A DNA stretch of 64,000 bases from the NCBI RefSeq assembly GCF_009914755.1, contig NC_060928.1, one strand, 5' to 3'. How positions within the stretch are numbered: the first letter of the stretch is position 1; each line of letters opens with the position of its first letter. Source of the DNA: the human T2T-CHM13v2.0 reference genome, Homo sapiens. Positions 58,919 through 64,000 of the stretch are shown in pieces. The notes below the pieces were generated by a model. It was not told the origin of the DNA. It saw only the letters and a list, made by a program, of their open reading frames with translations, and did not search any database. Made by a program: the position numbers and the translations under genes.

Positions 58919-60929
58919 AGTTTTTTTCTTTTTAAAATTTGTTTCTGAGTGGCCACTACATGTTATAGAAACCATCATCTTGTCACACAGCACAGTCTAT
59001 GAATAAAAGGCTGAGTTATCACTAAGCAGGAGAAAAAGCATTAAAAAGTGTCCCATTAAAAGGGACTTTTAATCAACCTAATAAACTCTAATTCTGCTGA
59101 CTTTTTAAAGATCTAAGGTCATTTTAATACATGCTGAAAAGGGTCACAATTAATTCTTTGATCTTTTTTACTCACTGTTAACTTATATAAATTCAGAACT
59201 ACCCAGAAATGGCATATTATTTCCCTGTGATTCATATATTAACAAAACTACTAGAATGTCTATGAGGAATACTAAGTATCTCAGAAATTCTTTTCAGGTA
59301 GTACAATTTTAGAGAATAAATAGATCAAATCTATTTCCTCCTCTTGCTGACAAAGGTTGTTACCAGCATTTTCAGTGAGTGAAAATTATGGCTGTACTAT
59401 GTGGAATATGAACAATTTCTAGGAAGCTCCAAAAATTCTGGGCAGCTTGTATGAATTTTAGGAGAATTTCTTTTTCTTGATGCTAGGAAACTCTTGTCTT
59501 GATTTCTCTACAATCTTCAATCTATAAATCACCATGTCCAGATGATTAGAAGAAGGGAAATTAGATTCTTTCTTTAGTACTTCTGTTATGTTGAAAATTT
59601 CTTCTCTACTACTATTCAGTCATACCCAAAACGGGAATGATTTCTACAACCTCATGGGAATCATAAATAAATGTAGATTCTGAATTCAAACTGCATATCA
59701 TTGCTGTTTAAATATCAAGTGACTTTAAGCCAGAATATGCATTTAGTGATAACTTATTTATAATTGAATTATACCAAAAGATTTTTCATTCAGCATGTTT
59801 TTATATTTGCTTTCAATTGCATCTTAACTAACCATATATCTAAGCATTGTAATTACGTGTTAGAACATTTGTAGATCATACATGTAAACAATTTCTTCCT
59901 CTTATTGCATTGTCTACCAAAAGTAACAGAAAAAGAGGGGTTTGTTTGTATATGTGAGTTTATATGGGAGTACATGAATAAAAGTATATGAGTAGAAAAA
60001 TAAAATTGAAGATCACTTCACTATGACATGGCAGTGGCATTTTCCTTCATGATTAGCCACTAATAGAATATTTTTATTTTATTTTTATACAGAAACATTT
60101 ATTATTTTTATGTTAACTAATAATCTTGATTGACATTACAAAATATGTACTACCGGCTTTTTTACTTAAATAATGATATCTTTTTGCACCAATGAATTTC
60201 TTTCTTTCCTAACTGTTGGAAGAATATGTTGTATGTAATGGTATCAAATGTCATGAGAGCCATTTTCAATGTACCATAGTTAATACCATGCTTCTGGTCA
60301 CTTAGGTAAAAATTCTCTAACGGCTTGGGGACTACATTGAGCCACATGGAGTTTAGTGGAATTCAAAGAGTTTTGTAGTTGAAAGATCTGAGCATATGGT
60401 GAAGAGTGGATGTCACTGTTTATTAGGGAGAGGTGTAAAATTCTGGTGACTCAGAATGTGATGTTGCAAAATGGGTTAAGCTGTGTTTGTTTTATAAAAG
60501 CAAAAAAACCCCAAAAAGCATATACTATGAACAGCCATGTTTAAATACAGATTATTAAAATGATCATAGTGAAACTAGAAATTATTTAATAATAAAATGT
60601 AAATGAAAATCACTGGATTAATCAATCCATGATGTAAAGCATCATCAAAGTAATACATTAAATAATTGTTGATCTTGGTCTTAGTCCTTGTTAACATAAA
60701 GCCATAGCTGAAAGATCTTACTATCTTTTGGGTTATTTCTGTGGTTTCAAACTTAAATGTTATGTTCTATCAATACTTGTGATGACATGACTGTGATAAT
60801 TAACGGCAGTGGTACATTTCTAAATTAATTTGGCATTCCACTAATTAACTGAGGAAAATATCAATATTTCTTGTTAGGTTGTGTGTCTGTATCCAAAAGC
60901 TTATAATCACTTCTGGTTTTGACCATGAT

Positions 60930-63900
60930 GGGCCAACAGAAATCAGATTAACCTTGACATCTTAATGAGGCAGAAAATTGGACAAATTGCTAAAACAATG
61001 GCTTTCAAATTTGGGGAAACATACATTAATCTTTGAGAGAATGAAAACAAATGGGGAACCTTAGCCTGTTGCCTTGAGAGAGTTTCTAGTCAGCAGTGCA
61101 GAAAGGGGAAACCCAAACAGATCATAGCAACCTTCCTAGGGAGGAAACAGAGTTCAGAGTTAGGGAGGCCAAGGCAGGTAAATTTTGTAAAGTAATGGAG
61201 AGGAAAAATCTGGAGATAGAGAGAGAGGACCCAAGAACTTCAGAGGGTTTTCCTCAAGTCTTCAGTTGAGTGCTGATCAGCATGTTCATGTGGGACAATT
61301 CTCAAGTATAAATGTTAAAAGCAATTACCTAACTTCCCAAGTTAAGAAATTAGAAAACAAAGAAAAGAAAATTAAAACCAAAGCAAGCAGAAGAAATTTA
61401 ATAATAAAAATAATAGCAAACATTATTAAAAGAGACAATGCAGAAATAATAGGAAAAAAATATAGGCAAATCTAGTTTTTAAAATAATCATAATGATAGC
61501 TCTCTATACACTCTGACCAAGAAATATGCAGAGAAGGCAAAATTTACCAATGACAGAATGAGTGAGGGAATATCAGTGTAAATTCTACATTGTACAGATT
61601 TAAAAAGTTAATTCAAAAATATTACTAACAGGTTTATGGCAATAAATTTAATAACATAGATGTAACAGGCACATTTATTACTAAAGTGCATATGGGAGGC
61701 AATACACAATTTGAGTAGACTTATATCTACTAAAGATATTAAATTTGCAGTTAAAATATTTCCCTGAGGAAAACATCAACTTCTGCTGATTTCATAATTT
61801 ACTGAGATATTTTACCAATTCTCTCTGTAATTTCATTTTTTCAGATGAACATTTCCCTGATACTAAAACTAGATAAAAAGGTATTTCAAGAAAACTACAG
61901 ACTGATATTTCTTATGAATACAGACAAAAAATTATTAACAAAATTTTTGCAAGATGAAGTCAACATTACGTGAAAAGGTAGCATCAAGATCCCGTGGGGT
62001 ATTTTCCTCCAAGGAATGCAAAATCAGTGTAACATTTGAAAATCAATATAATTCACCATAGTAAAATGCCAAAAAATGACCTTCTTAACCAATATAATAA
62101 AGTTGAGCAGAGGGGAGAAACAAAATATCATTAGACAGCAAAAAAAGAAATACCAGTGTTTTAGTTCACAGAAACATAACCAGCTATCTAGAATATCCTA
62201 AGGAATCTATATAAAAGACTTTAGAAGTAATGAGAGAATTAAGTAAGTTTTCTGGATACAAAGTCAATGCTATCTACAGCAATTGATTCTATTTATTAAC
62301 ACTAGCAATGATCAGCAAAAAATAATATCTTAATTAGTATCATTTACAGCAGCATTAAAAACCTGCAATAAGGTAGAAATATATTTGACAAGTGCAGTAT
62401 AATTTTAGTACATTAAAAAGTACAATAAATTCCTTAGAAAAATTAAAGAGGATCTAAATAAATGACAAGATATACTATGTTCATGAGTCAGAATTATCAC
62501 TATTCTTCAAATGTCAATTCTTCCCATATTAATGTATACATTTTAACATAATACCTATAAAAACCTCAGCAGGCTGCTTTGTAGAAAATGATGAATTTAT
62601 TCTATAGTACATATGGAAATAGAAAGAACCTAACATAGTCAAAAACAATTTTGAAAAAGGACAAAATCAAAGGTCTTACACTATTTGATATCAATTTATA
62701 TTACAAAGCTATAGTAATGAAGACTGTACGATATTGTTGTAAAAGTGAACACATAGGTCAATATAACAGAATATAATGCCCAGAAATATGCATATATATA
62801 TATATATATATGCATATATATATATATATGCATATATATATATATATATATGCATATATATATATATATGCATATATATATATATATATATGGTCAATTA
62901 ACAGTCAGCAAAATGACCCTTTTCTTACATTACATACATAAGTTTAGTTGAAATGGATTATTGCCAAATGTAAAAGCTAAAATCCTAAAGCTTCTTGATA
63001 AAACAAAAATTGTAAAAGATTTTAAAATAACACAAAAAGCATCAAAAAGGAAGAAAATCACTATATTTGGCTTTACACCATTTACAACTTTCATTATTTG
63101 AAAGATTCTTTTAGGAAAGTAAAAAGGCAAACCACAGGCTGGGAGAAATATTATCTCATGCCCAACAAATATATGGTATTATAATAATAGCATATGTAAA
63201 TTATCCTTACAATCTAAAATAACAGATTTCAATAGACACTGTCAAAGACGGTGTGTTGATGGCAATAAGCATGTGAAAAGAAGCTCAACATCATCAGTCA
63301 TTAGGAAAATGCCAATTGCTGCCAATTTATACCCACTGGAATGTCTAAAACTAAAAAGACTGACCATTTGAAATATTGTCAAGCATGAGGAACAACTGCT
63401 GCTCTCATCTCTCCTGGAGGGAATGTAAAATTTTACAAGCACTTTGGAATACTGTTTGGTAGTTTCTTAGAAAGTTACACTCAACATGTGACCCAGCCAT
63501 TCCACATTTAGGTGTTTCCTTAAAAGAAATCAAAGCGTACGTTCATGTAAGCATTTTTTGCATAAATTTTCAGAGCATCTGTATTAGTAATAGTAAAAAC
63601 AAAACAAAAAAACTCTAAATAATACAAATGTCTATCAGTAAGTAAATGGATAAATAAATTGTGGCATATTGATATAAGGGAATAATATTCAGATATTTTA
63701 AGTAAGTTAAAACATACAACATATAAATATTAAAATAATTATCCTGAGTGATAAAATGCAAACTAAATCAAACTACACAGTGTATGATTTCATTGATGAA
63801 TAATTTTAGACAATGCAAACTAATCTATAGTGAAAACAGTGTAGTGATTGCCTGGGTAGGAGGTAGTGGATCAAAGGATCTATTACAAATGGGTGAATGG

Positions 63901-64000
63901 AAATGTTTATTATAATGATTGTAGTGATATAGAAATATAAATAAATACATAAATAAATAATAAATTTATATGTAAACTTAGCAAGTTGTACACTTTAAGC
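60930..64000 (+). mobile_element. Old L1 (L1MC/MD-like): 5'-UTR piece joined to fragmented ORF2 and 3' UTR
   Basis: GAAAACTACAGACTGATAT, GGATACAAAGTCAAT, CTCAACATCATCAGTCATTAGGAAAATGC, GACCCAGCCATTCCAC, GCAAACTAATCTATAGTGA. Confidence 0.85.
62786..62892. repeat. (TA)n/TGCA compound microsatellite containing a perfect 102-bp palindrome
   Basis: TGCA at 62789, 62811, 62829, 62851, 62869 separated by TA runs. Confidence 0.95.

Overview
AT-rich, repeat-dense primate (human-like) genomic DNA from an intergenic or deep-intronic region. I found no intact protein-coding gene, RNA gene or CRISPR array; the listed ORFs are repeat-derived or chance. Contents: about 11 Alu/FAM SINEs; several L1s, including a TSD-bounded, internally deleted L1PB and a twin-primed L1PA; many MaLR/ERVL LTRs; two THE1 elements; a solo LTR1/LTR28-type LTR; Tigger-family MER82 and MER6; and a 9.5-kb two-LTR class I provirus (MER83-like, tRNA-Ile PBS, readable gag/pro/pol/env relics) inside a four-level nest (L1 > ERV > THE1 > Alu). 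The least explained signals are short, locally templated duplications, most clearly a chimeric two-donor insert at 4889-5206. Others are a gag segment copied into the proviral leader, a perfect 102-bp palindrome, and exon-like segments on the + strand of the non-repeat islands. I cannot support a novel biological system from the sequence alone. Subfamily names are from recalled consensus sequences and need RepeatMasker/Dfam confirmation.
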